Positions 39,311-51,631 of a stretch of 64,000 nucleotides of DNA are shown piece after piece. This DNA is from Mobula hypostoma (lineage: Eukaryota), in NCBI RefSeq assembly GCF_963921235.1, contig NC_086118.1:15006001-15070000 (forward strand). Reading direction: 5' to 3'. Within the stretch, counting starts at the first letter, position 1, and the number at the start of each line of letters is the position of its first letter. Below the pieces are notes generated by a model, which saw only the letters and a list, made by a program, of their open reading frames with translations, searched no databases and was not told the origin of the DNA. Both the position numbers and the translations under genes were made by a program.

Positions 39311-41234
39311 AAGGCTTTTATACAACAGTGAGCATGGATTTCATCAGGAAGTTATTGAACTGAAAAAAAGTATGATCACTGACTCAGTTCCTGTTGTCAT
39401 CACAAACAGATTTTTTAATTTACTGAAGAATAACTAGATAGAGCTCAGGTGCTGAGGTTATAGTGCATCTGCAGAGTAATAATCACATCACCACCTAAAT
39501 TAAGTTATTCAGTAATTATTTGGCTTACTACTACACTGGATAATACTTTAAACCAGATCAAATATGACTTCAAAATGTTGTGGACATTTCAAGTCATTTT
39601 TTTTCTTTATTATACAGATATACACATCTGGAGGAAGAGCAGGCTACTCAGCTCTGAGCCGATTCCATAACTTGAGGAGATCATGGTGAATCTGATTGCA
39701 AACAAACACTCCTACCAACTCCTGTAGCCTTTTACCATTTGCTTATCAGGCATCTCAGTAAGGAGACACATGAGTCTATAGATGCTGGAATCTGCAGCAA
39801 CATAAAAACTGCAGAAACTCAGTAGGTTAGGCAGGCAGCATCCAGACAAGGGTTTCAATCAATCCCTATCTTCTTTTCCCTCCACAGACATTCCTGACTC
39901 ACTGAGATCCTCCAGCTTGTTGTGTGGCTCAAGTATCTCTATCAATGAGATTTTGATTATTTTAGAAAAAGCATGAAATTAATTTAAAAGGTTGCTTTCT
40001 CTTGACATTGTTTTGTATGGCAGAAGCAAATAAAATGCACAAAATAGCAAGTGGTGGTCATATTATTCTGCACTTATTACAATTTAGATGTAATCCTAAT
40101 TGCACAGCCTCCTCAATATTACCCTCCCACTCTCTCCATCCAGTGGATGAACAGCACCTCTGATGTACAAACAATAAGCATTTGACATCTCTTCTGGATT
40201 ATCAGCCTTGACAATATCAGTACTTTGTACCAATGCAAATTTTAACTCTAGGCTTTTTCTGCATACTGATTGAAATAAAATGCCCACTCAAAAATTTACA
40301 TTAAATATTTTATTAAAGCTACTTGTAGAGTTGCACTAATATTCAACAGCACAGTGCAGAACTAATCTACAGAGACTTGACAGACTGCTATGAAAGCAAC
40401 TAATTAATTATATCACTTTATTAACAGAGCTAAACTCACACCTGTTAACGTGAGTGACATAAATATTAGAGATCGTGTAGAAATCTGAAATATTACTTGA
40501 ATCATTTGATAGTTTACAGAAGGAGATATTAAGGGCTACCATGTAGAGCAGTCTGGAATGAAGGCTTAATGGCCCAAGTTTGTGATCTCCAATCGCAAAT
40601 TTGGAAACCAAGTATTTAAGACTCTCTTTTTAGTCAACACCCATAAGATATTTTTTACAAATAACACTGTGCTTTAAAAAATTCTGTTATCACTAATTTC
40701 TGTGATCAGCACTCAAAAATGATAAAATATTACAAACTACTTAACATTTCCCTCTAGCTTTGGTGTCTTAGTGCACAGTTGATGCGCTATCAAAATAGAT
40801 GCACAGAAGTTTCTGTGAAAGCACATAAATGCATTACATATCCATAGACTAATACCACTGGTGTGTAATTTCAACTTCACTGCTTGGAATGAGGATGATG
40901 TGTTCAATACTGACTGGTCCCCATCGACATCTGAGGTTAATTGGATCTTCCGATAGTTCATTCACCGTACTCTTTCAAAACAGTTAATTTTTCAATATTT
41001 TCAGAAAAGACCTTGAAGGCCTGCATAAAAGTACCTTGTTTGAGTTAATTGGAGCCCTACAAGCCTGAAGACTTGAAGCTACTTCAATTATAGTGTGAAC
41101 AATTCAAAGGAGTAAAGGGGGCCAATCCATTAATAGCATTTTCACATTAAAATCCCTGACTTTTCAACGAAGTACATAATTGGGAATTAGGCCAGGTTGC
41201 AGCATAACAAAACGTGTGTTTGGATACACAAATG

Positions 41235-41811
41235 CAGACATCCCACCTCTCCCAGAAGTTCTGGGAGTCTTCCGCATATTAATAGTGGCTCCCTGATGCC
41301 CGCAAATTATATACAGTGTCCCGGAAATCAATTTTTTTGAGAGCGGGCGAACGAGAGAAAGCGAGAGCGACCACAAGAGAGAGAATGACAGCAAGCGAGC
41401 GAGAGAGAGCGAGCGAGAGCACGAGAGAGCGAGCGAGAGCGCGAGAGAGAGAGCGAGAGCGCGCCATGGCAGAGTGTTCCAAAAAATATATAAAACGTAT
41501 GTCACCCCAGACTACACTAAAGTGTACCCCTGCCTAATAGGAGTAAAAATAATGACAGTGTTGCTCACTGCACTGTTTGCAAGTGACTTTTCTATTGCCC
41601 ACGGTGTGTTAAGACTATAAAAGACACGTTGAGGTAAGTTTAACCGGTCTCATTCGTCCATTAGCATAGCTAACGTTATTTAAACTAGCTGGCCAGCTGC
41701 TAAGGAGCTACTCTATTGCAGACATCCCACTTCTCCCGGAAGTTCCGGGAGTCTCCCGCAAATTGATGGTGCTATCTCCCTGAAATGAGTGTTTGCAGGG
41801 TGGGATGTCTG
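41235..41811. mobile_element. Non-autonomous DNA transposon (hAT-like) with an internally duplicated left end
   Basis: TIR CAGACATCCCACC / GGTGGGATGTCTG. Flanks CAAATG / CTAATG. Left ~45 bp repeated at 41719. Confidence 0.7.
41340..41462. repeat. Imperfect (GA)n/(GAGC)n microsatellite
   Basis: Runs such as gagagagagcgagcgagagc seen directly. Confidence 0.9.
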
Positions 41812-42182
41812 CTAATGCAAGGTGAGGTTCATTACAGAGATAGGAAATTAACTAAGTCCCTTCAAAAATGCAAACACATTGATATACTTGAACTTTTATT
41901 TAGAAGCAGAAGGTTGGGAGTACTTTTTCCAACTTGTTCTTACAGTGTGAACTACTAAGAATGTTCATTGAAATTATTTGACATATCCAGCAATTCCTTT
42001 CTCCACAAGTGTATGTGTGCTTAGGTAGAGAGGCTTTAAATGGATTGAATGCCACATTTCATGTTTCACTTTATTAATGTTCAATAGCTATTAGCAAACA
42101 GGTTTAAAATGAAAACCTAGCAACACACATAAAAGTTGCTGGTGAACGCAGCAGGCCAGGCAGCATCTCTAGGAAAAGGTGC

Positions 42183-42218
42183 AGTCGACGTTTCAGGCCG
42201 AGACCCTTCGTCAGGACT
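42183..42218 (-). ncRNA. Minimal type I hammerhead ribozyme motif, intact
   Basis: Minus strand reads AGTC-CTGACGA-AGGGTCTCGGCCT-GAAAC-GTC-GACT. Stem I is AGTC/GACT; stem III is the palindrome ACGT. Confidence 0.72.
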
Positions 42219-43151
42219 AACTGAAGGAAGAGTGAGTAAGGGATTTGAAAGTTGGAGGGGGAGGGGGAGATCCAAAATGATAAGAGAAGACAGGAGGCGG
42301 AGGGATGGAGCCAGGAGCTGGACAGGTGATAGGCAAAAGGGATAAGTGAGGATCATGGGACAGGAGGTCCGGGAAGAAAGACGGGGGGGCGGACCCAGAG
42401 GATGGGCAAGGGGTATATTCAGAGGGACAGAGGGAGAAAAAGGAGAGTGAGAGAAAGAATGTGTGTATAAAAATAAGTAACAGATGGGGTACGAGGGGGA
42501 GGTGGGGCATTAGCGGAAGTTAGAGAAGTCAATGTTCATGCCATCAGGTTGGAGGCTACCCAGACGGAATATAAGGTGTTGTTCCTCCAACCTGAGTGTG
42601 GCTTCATCTTTACAGTAGAGGAGGCCGTGGATAGACATGTCAGAATGGGAATGGGATGTGGAATTAAAATGTGTGGCCACTGGGAGATCCTGCTTTCTCT
42701 GGCGGACAGAGCGTAGATGGTCAGCAAAGCGGTCTCCCAGTCTGCATCGGGTCTCGCCAATATATAAAAGGCCACATCGGGAGCACCAGACGCAGTATAT
42801 CACCCCAGCCGACTCACAGGTGAAGTGTTGCCTCACCTGGAAGGACTGTTTGGGGCCCTGAATGGTGGTAAGGGAGGAAGTGTAAGGGCATGTGTAGCAC
42901 TTGTTCCGCTTACACGGATAAGTGCCAGGAGGGAGATCAGTGGGGAGGGATGGGGGGGACGAATGGACAAGGGAGTTGCGTAGGGAGCGATCCCTGCGGA
43001 ATGCAGAGAGATGGGGGGAGGGAAAGATGTGCTTAGTGGTGGGATCCTGTTGGAGGTGGCTCCATCCCTCCCCCTCCTGTCTTCTCCTATCATTTTGGAT
43101 CTCCCCCTCCTCCTCCAACTTTCAAATCCCTTACTCACTCTTCCTTCAGTT

Positions 43152-43187
43152 AGTCCTGACGAAGGGTCTCGGCCTGAAACGTCAACT
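43152..43187 (+). ncRNA. Minimal type I hammerhead ribozyme motif
   Basis: AGTC-CTGACGA-AGGGTCTCGGCCT-GAAAC-GTC-AACT (one stem I mismatch). Confidence 0.62.
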
Positions 43188-45786
43188 GCACCTCTTCCTA
43201 GAGATGCTGCCTGGTCTGCTGCGTTCACCAGCAACTTTTATGTGTGTTGCTTGAATTTCCAGCATCTGCAGAATTCCTGTTGTTTGCGTTAAAATGAAAA
43301 CCAAGTTGCTTCCAAATTGAGGCTATCATTTAATATGAATTGGACCTGAACCAAAGCAAGGCTTGTGAACAAAATGATTCCCTTGTCTGTTCAACATTTT
43401 CATTTTGGTGGAAAAATAAACAATATTACAAGTTCATTTGATTGCAGATTCAAACCTGACAAACTGTGATAGTTTTAGTGAGCACAATTCCATTCCATGC
43501 TTATTTCTATCATCTTTTTCCTCTTTAGAACAACTCTGCTCCTGCAACTCAACAATTCATGGAATTACAGTATGTTGACCCAGCCAGAAATGTTATGATA
43601 ATAAGTAATAAACAAAGGCTTATATCTTCCAAACACAATCTGGATCCCAAGTTTGTGTTTCAAACTTAGAAAACATTTTCAAATATGCCCCAATGAGAGT
43701 TTTAATACTAGCCCTCAGGCCATTCGGCTTCTGAGCTGCATTCAAAGTGACACTGCTCTGTTAACCTGAACTGTGCCTCACAATATTTAATTTATGCACT
43801 TTATTTATGTGCAATTCATCTGTAGATTTTATCCTTAATTTCATAAGCTATTATGTGTTACGTGTATGTCAAGTTTATTGTCATTTGACGGTATACATGT
43901 CAAATAACAATAAACTTGACTTGACGTACAACTATAATTCAGAATTCTACTTCAAGTGTCCAACTAAGAACTAATTGTATCAGATAATATGAGTGCTAAT
44001 ACATTGGTGTACAAGGCACTGCCGCTAGCTGAGATGTTGTCCACAGTTTAAACTCATATTTGAGTTAGCGTGGAGACATTGCAATGGCTTTGGCTGGTGA
44101 TGCCTGAGGAAGCACCATTGCAGTAATCTAGTTTGAAGTTGAAAGACAAGAGATAATGGCAGACGATGGACAAGGTGGAAGTGTCATTGAACTTTAAAGG
44201 TATGTTAGACTGCGTGGAAATGTTCCTGAGAATGACAATATCTTCAAGATCCTGAGCAAGTTCAGAGAAAACAATGCAGCCATGTGTAAAAAGAGGAAGA
44301 TCATATTTCTGTTGTGGTAGGACCAGAGGCAAAATAAGCAACGCAAACTACAAAGGTCTCTTATGAAGTCAGTATAAAAGAGTAAAAATAAATCAATCCA
44401 GTGCTGGAGATTTGACAACTGCAAGTGACTATTTGACAACTAAAGGCCAGTGAGTATATGCTTAATATACCATCAAGTTCAAAGCAAACATTTCAATTCC
44501 TAGACCTTTTAAAATTAGACACTGCAGGATCATTTGACTGATGAGAAAACTCTCACATAATTACTTCTGGGACCTTAACACTTAGGATAATAGCCAGTTG
44601 CATGAGAACGAAAACAAGGCAACTTTGCATTTGGTTGTGATTCTGAAGCATGGATACAGGGCAAACAAAAGAGGATGCCCCTTCATCCGTAGATCATGCT
44701 GTGAAGTTGTGGAAAATGTCTTCTGCAGGTAATCCTTGGATAATATTGCCCTGAATGGCAAGAAAGACCGTTGGTGGAAAGCAGCTACAAAAAGGTGCTT
44801 CTCTGAGCAGACCGATAAGCACACCAGGCATTCATTAATATTATTGGAATTTCCATTGCCATAGGCAGAGACATGGTTTCGGAATGCTGCAGAGTGGGTT
44901 CAGATACATTCAAGCAAGTATTCAGTGCAACTCCAGGGCAATATCATAGCAGATAGCACTGCTGGCGCACAGGTTCAGGCAGCAGGTTCAATCCTGGTCT
45001 CGAATGGGATTTGTACATACCGCCACCCCCCCCCCGCCCTTTGGGCATAAGGGAGAATGGTGCTCCTGTTTCCTCTGATATCCCCAAAATAGTTTGGTAG
45101 GTTATTTGGCGACAGGAATTTTCTGCTTATGCAGATGCATGGAATATCAGGGTCTTCAGAGTTAATGGGCTTGCTTTAAAAACTAGCAGAAACTCGAATG
45201 GGTCAAGTGACCACCTTTCTGTTGTAACAAATTGAAAATAAATCACTCTAAACCAGTTGTTTGCGACCCTTTTATGCTATGGACATCTACTATTAACAGC
45301 GGGGTTCATGTCTAAACAGAATTGTTATATCTGCTTGATATCACCAATTACCTTTATTATTCACAAAGCTGGCAGGTTCTCAATATTCCCTTAAGATAAG
45401 TTGGTCCAATTCCTTGTGGAGAACTACCTGATGAGACACAAAATTTGAGGTCTTTCGACCAAGTTATCATCTGGAGTTAAGGCAGCTCCAAAGATCTTTG
45501 TTAGGAATAAATTTAAATGCTACAGAGGAATCCAAGGTCCTTCTGCCACCCAGGTGACATCCTCATTACCACAACAATTCCCTGGAAACAGAGTGCTCAA
45601 GGTGCCTTTCAGCGAGCTACAGAAACACCGTCTACAGCTGAAATGGAACAACCTTGCATTTATGAAGCCTGAAGGTATCTAGTCAGGTTTTAAAATTAGC
45701 ACAAATGCATAGAGACCAATCCAGAAGTTGACTGATGTGTTGGATATGCAAGAGCCAACTAACATTAGGAAATGACATAGCTCCTG

Positions 45787-45904
45787 TATTACTCATTGGA
45801 TATGGAGTAACAATCATTTCGCTCTCCATTACATTGTGTATTGAATATTACTCATCAGATATGGAGTAACAATCATTTCGTTCTCCATTACACTGTGTAT
45901 TGAA
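45787..45904. repeat. Tandem duplication, 2 x 59 bp
   Basis: 45787-45845 and 45846-45904 differ at 4 positions. Confidence 0.95.
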
Positions 45905-46131
45905 CAATGACATTAAACAATGTTGAATCAAAGACACAATTTTGTCAACCTCCCCCAAAACATTCAGAGTGATGTTAAAGATTAGACTTTGGCAAGTAGA
46001 TCTGTCTTCTGATGCAAACAGATGCATTACATAGAACACATTACACTACAGCACATTACAGGCCCTTCAGCCCACAATGTTGTACCGACCAGGTAACCTA
46101 CTCTAGAAACTGCCTAGAATTTCCAAGTGCA

Positions 46132-46914
46132 AAAACGAGAAAATCTGCAGATGCTGGAAATTCAAGCAACACACATAAAAGTTGCTGGTGAATGCAGCAG
46201 GCTAGGCAGGATCTCTAGGAAGAGGTACAGTCGACGTTTCGGGCCAAGACCCTTCATCAGGACTAACTGAAGGAAGAGTGAGTAAGGGATTTGAAAGTTG
46301 GAGGGGGAGGGGGAGGTGGAGATCCGAAATGATAGGAGAAGACAGGAGGGGGAGGGATGGAGCCAAGAGCTGGACAGTTGATTGGCAAAAGGGATATGAG
46401 AGGATTGTGGGACAGGGGGCCTAGGGAGAAAGAAAAGGGGGAGGGCGGAAGCCCAGAGGATGGGCGAGGGGTATAGTGAGAGGGACAGAGGGACAGAGGG
46501 AGAAAAAGGAGAGAGAGAGAAAAAAAAGTGTATATAAATAAATAAATACCCGACGCAGACTGGGAGATCATTTTGCCGAACACCTACGCTCTGTCTGCCA
46601 GAGAAAGCAGGATCTCCCAGTGGCCACACATTTTAATTCCACATCCCATTCCCATTCTGATATGTCTATCCACAGCTTCCTCTACTGTAAAGATGAAGCC
46701 ACACTCAGGTTGGAGAAACAACACCTTATATTCCGTCTGGGTAGCCTCCAACCTGATGGCATGAACATTGACTTCTCAAACTTACGCTAATGCCCCACCT
46801 CCCCTCGCACCCCATCCGTTATTTATTTATATACACACATTCTTTTTCTCTCTCCTTTTAGTCCTGACGAAGAGTCTCGGTCCGAAACGTCGACTGTACC
46901 TCTTCCTGGAGATT
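46132..46914. mobile_element. PLE fragment with inverted pLTR (minus 46132-46548, plus ~46549-46914), ~22-bp imperfect TSD
   Basis: CTGCCTAGAATTTCCAAGTGCA (46110-46131) vs CTGCCTAGAATTTTCAAGGTGCA (46915-46937). GIY-YIG C-terminus on the plus strand. Confidence 0.88.
46229..46264 (-). ncRNA. Minimal type I hammerhead ribozyme motif, intact
   Basis: Minus strand reads AGTC-CTGATGA-A-GGG-TCTTGG-CCC-GAAAC-GTC-GACT. Confidence 0.72.
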
Positions 46915-48619
46915 CTGCCTAGAATTTTCAAGGTGCATAGCCCTCTATTTTTACTAAACTCCATGTACCGATCTAAGAGGCTCTTAAAAGGCCCAATTGT
47001 ATCTGCTTCCACAACTGTCGCCAACAGTGTATTCCATGCATCCACCACTCTCTGTGTGAAAAACTTACCCCTGATATCTCCTCAGTACCCATTTCCAAGC
47101 ACCGTAAAACTATGCCCCCTCGTGTTAGCCATTTTAGCCCTGAGAAGAAGCCTCTGGTTATCCACAAGATCAATGGCCCTCATTGTTCAAAGCGAATCCA
47201 ATGGACAACTATCAGATGCATCCATTCTGAGAGATTTTTACCTTCCTTCTCCTGGGTATGCTGGGGCCAATTTTAGTGCTGCATCTTTTCCAACTCAGAT
47301 TAATAACCATTATGTTCCTCAGGTCAAATATGTATAACAGTGTTACATACAGAATAGGGTGAACAGTTTGAAAAAGCATTAAAATATTTAATACAAAAGT
47401 ATTATAGACTATAACAGTTATCAGGAATTAATCTTGTATAATGGGACACAGCTAAACAAGTTGGTTAAAGTCCTGAATCTTGTTGAGAACCTGATCAGTC
47501 AAATAAAACAAAATTATTGTTTACATATATTTTTAGTTTGGAAAAAGAAAATTACTGACAGGTTGACGTCAAGACGGACTACGCATTCAAAACAGAAATG
47601 ACTTTAAACGTACATATTCTATGGTACAATCAGCAACTCATCAGTATGAGTTAAAGTTCCAATTCAAGCAGATGGTGCAGGTCTCCTGATTACACAGAGA
47701 AACAAACAAAGCCATTTACGGCTAACCCTATTTTAACAAATACAAAATTTATTATCAGAGCTGTACAGCACAGAAATTGGCGCATCAGCCAACTACACCT
47801 ATGCCAACATAGATTTCTGGTAAGATAGTGACACTCTCAGTTGCAAGAGCCTCTCCAAGTCCCACGAATGGCTCATCATTTATCTCCTTTTTATGATTCC
47901 AAGACATTGTTGGATATTAAGAACATCAAGTACTGTACATCTACACCACTAGCAAGCTGCTGGATGGCAATGAAGCTGAAGTTGTTTCACATTGTCAGCT
48001 GGACGTGTTGTGCATCGTTGTTATATGGAAATAGGGTGTGGTCCAACAAACAGCGCAAAAAGTTGTCTTGGGCCTTTTTTTGTGATCGCAAGACCCCATT
48101 GTATATTGTTAATGTAGAACACTGCTAGTCCAGTTTACTGGTTCATTAGCGAGACTGACTGTGGGGAGAGCTGCACTGCTCCAGTTACCACTCGGATCAG
48201 CTCCTGTTGCAGCCACTCCGGAGAGGACATACCAGAGGCTGTTTGAGAGAGAGCAGAGTCCTCTGTGCATGCACTACAATCCGTGATGGGTTGGTGCGGG
48301 CTGGGCCCTTTTCTCTGTGCTGCCCTCAAGTGTTTGCTCAGCGGAAGACAATCTGGGTTGTATTTGTCTGTGGCTATATTAGCACATGATGAGGAACTGC
48401 TGCGTGCTTGTTCTTGCAGAAACATGGCTCCAGTACAACATCCTATACAGCCTCAATCTACAGGTTATGCTAGTCAAGGACTTGAGCTTTTTTTTGTGTA
48501 TGTATGCTATCGTAACTATATGTGCTACTTGCTGTATGTAACTATACATATTGGGTTTTGCACCTTGGCCCTGGAGAAACATTGTTTGGCTGTATCCATG
48601 TGTATGGTTGAATTACATT

Positions 48620-49050
48620 AATACTTGAACTTAAAATATTTTACCTGTCTATACTAATCCCATTATGGCATCCTTCTATGACTGTCTCTATCTAAATACA
48701 AATTAAGCATAACAAATGCATCCAATTCCACCACCACCATACCTGGCGACATGTCCTAGATATTGCTCTATCTATGAAAAGGGAACTTACCTCTCAGATT
48801 CTATTTGAAACTCCTTCCTCTCAGTTCATGTATTTGAATCTCCTACCATGGTAAAAATATTTTGACTATGCTCCTTATAATATTATATACTCCCAATCAG
48901 GTCAATCCTGAGCCTCCAATACTCAAGGGAAAACAAACTCAACCTATTGAATCTTTCCCCAAAGCCATGGCTCTTCAATCCAGGATCTTGGTAAATCTCA
49001 TTGCACGTTATCCAGCACAACCATAATATAGTCAAGATCCTATAGTGTAG
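48620..49050 (-). mobile_element. Decayed CR1 3' fragment
   Basis: ERFNRLSLFSLEYWRLRIDLI in ORF 48883-49095. Confidence 0.65.
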
Positions 49051-51074
49051 GATCTTAAAAGTCTCATATTCAAAGTCCAATGTTCCTTCCTTCAATATAC
49101 TTACATGGCTTCAGGAAATGTAGATAGAAGTTGAAAGGAATATATTTTTTTAAACTCCCAAACCTCTGCAAGGGTACAACTGAAACACTGATAACAAAAG
49201 AATAGGTAATTGGCAAGCTTGTTGAGGTAGAATCTCCACAACTTCATAACTTTGATCTGAAGTATTATCTGCAGCCAATCAAGAGAGCTCATTTGGCTTT
49301 AAACTAGCCTGCCAGATTCCTATTGGTCATCCTGGTTAATTGGCACTAATACCATACTGTGCATATGTGTAAGACACTACCTGCAAAGACCAACTTTATT
49401 CCAGGTGTATCATATTACAATTTGAAAGGGATCTTGTCTCCCTCTCTCCCTGGGAACAGAGTCAAGAATTGATCATTAGCTAATTAGCAAGCACAAATTT
49501 GAGCTGATGCTCAGATGCTCCTCAAAACCTCCTGAGGAAGCAGCGTATAAAATGTTGAAGTACCCTTTCACAAAAAGATGGTTAAAGCCCTGTGGAACAT
49601 CTTTTTGTCAGTGTTTAATGACCAAGAACGGCTGCTAAAAGCGTAAGTGTTGATTGTACAGTACTCAATTTGCCAGCAAAGCTCATTTGCACAATAGTTG
49701 AATAATCATTTATAACATCTGGCGTAGTCAGATGAATCTTGACAGCAGCAGTAAAGAGGAAAAGAAAATTACATGCAAGTTAAATTGAGAGAGAAATAGA
49801 CGTCACAACAAAAAAATTAAAATTCTAAGTATATTCAAATCTTAAAAAGAATCTCATCTGCTTGAGACAGTGGGGCATGGGGGAAATTAAAATAAAGTGG
49901 AAGGGGCGTCTGCGTGTACAAGAATCTACAGATGCATCAAACCAACAAACATTCTCCTCTGTTTTTCATACCTGTTTAAACTGGTGTGTTTAAATTGAAG
50001 TGTGTTGTGAATGACCATCCTCATTAACCATATTAAAATGAGGCAATTATACCTCTTTGGGCATCATTGCGTTAGTGACACAGAGAGAAGATACAAATAT
50101 ATAATGGTGCTATTTTGATTGATGGAGTTTTTCACCAGGATACTCTGCTGATAATTCCTTAATTTATCAAGTGGGAGAATTCTCATTTTGAAATCCAATG
50201 ATCTACATAACAACAGCAATGGCAAACTATTAAGCCCAACTAGTAAAAATGTTCTTAAGGTCTAAATGTGTCAGTGGGGATTCTAAAATTTGTTTACTAA
50301 ACCAGAAAGAGTACTTAAAATTACAATTCCTTTACACGAACTCTTGCATGAGCTCACAGGCCATTATGAACTAACATTCTTGGATAGGTGTTGGTGCCTC
50401 TTGTCAGGAAGTGGTATGCAATGTGTTCTGCCCCTATTGTTCAACCATTGCAACTGATGTCTGATTTGGTTCAGGGTTTCTCATGCATTCTTCTGATAAA
50501 GTAGAATATTGAATTGGATCACAGATAGTTGGAGGCCAAAAAACATTTTCACACCCTTTTGGGAAATACTCTTAATTCTACCTGCACACTCAACATCTCC
50601 CCATTCTATTCACTTTCTACAAAATAATATTGTTGGTAAGACCAGTATTTAATGGCCATCCGAAATGCCCCTGAGAAGGTGGCAATGTTTCTTTAATCAC
50701 TAGTCACCTGCTGGTGAAGATACTCCCACAGTGCTGTTAAGTAAGAATTTGAGTATTTTGACACAAAATTAGATGAAGGAACTATGATGATCAAGTATGG
50801 AATGAAAGACAAGTAATTTTCCGGATTAGATTCCTGCTTAATTGTGTACAGCACATATCTGTGCAATTTTCCACATCAGGCAGATAGTAACCCTAATGGA
50901 TCAGCTCAGTGAAATGCATAGCTAGTTCAGGAGTATGGGTCTTCAGTGATGTGGAAGTTTTCTGGTCCCATAGTCTGCTGTGTACGATACTCCCTCGGTC
51001 ATTTCTTAATTTTCTTTGAAGACTGGTTTATAACCATAATGAGTCACAGTACAAGTACCCATGCTGACTAATCT

Positions 51075-51390
51075 TATATGAATCCTATTTTTTTTCTCCC
51101 CACTCTCCCATCTCCTCTCCCACTCACCTGTACATTAGACAATTTACAGTGGCTAGTTAACCCATCAACCTGCTCGTCTCTGGGATGGGGGAAGAAACTG
51201 GAACACCTCGAGCAGGGGCTCCCAGCCTGGGGTCCACGGATCTCTTGCTGAATGGTATTGGTCCATGGCACAAAAAAAAGGTTGGGAACCCCTGATCGAG
51301 AAGAATCCCAGGCAATCATGCAAAGAATGTGCAAATTTCACACTGATAACACTAGATATTATGGTTGGAGCAGGAATGCAACAGCTCTGC
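51075..51390 (-). mobile_element. V-SINE interrupted by an 82-bp hAT MITE (51213-51294)
   Basis: V-domain remnant (ggtgttccagtttcttcccccatcccagagac on minus). MITE TIRs CAGGGGCTCCCAGCCT / AGGTTGGGAACCCCTG. Confidence 0.7.
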
Positions 51391-51631
51391 TAAGATAGAT
51401 GTGAACCTATTCCAAATATATTTGCCGTTTGTTTAACATTGTCTTAGCTAAAATAAATACCTATTATGTTACTTGCTGAACTGGACTGCATTCCTATCAC
51501 AAGAAAGAGATAAGGTTTACACCATATCAGCATCATACATTCTGATACAGACAGATTCCATGAGCAATTGTCTTGAGAGATGTTTGCACTCATTCCAGCC
51601 CCTCGTTGTGCAATAATGGGACAGCCGTAAG

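Larger units (their letters stand above)
42121..43288 (-). mobile_element. PLE, 5'-truncated (complete GIY-YIG domain), with an inverted upstream pLTR and 17-bp TSD
   Basis: ORF 42510-43118 has C..C..C, VIYCVWCSRCGLLYIGET and RLEEQHLIFRLGSLQPDGMN. 42121-42312 is inverted at ~43058-43249. TTAAAATGAAAACCWAG at 42104-42120 and 43289-43305. Confidence 0.93.
46030..47185 (-). mobile_element. CR1 3' fragment split by a PLE insertion
   Basis: MVDAWNTLLATVVEADTIGPFKSLLDRYM. Tail homologous to 53480-53862. Confidence 0.85.

Noticed and set aside
41164..41537. Low-complexity ORFs (RERARARE / LALSLALS)
   Set aside because: They are translations of the GA/GAGC microsatellite.
43058..43118. ATG start of the 202-aa GIY-YIG ORF as a standalone nuclease gene
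   Set aside because: The first ~20 codons come from the antisense inverted pLTR, and there is no sign of domestication.
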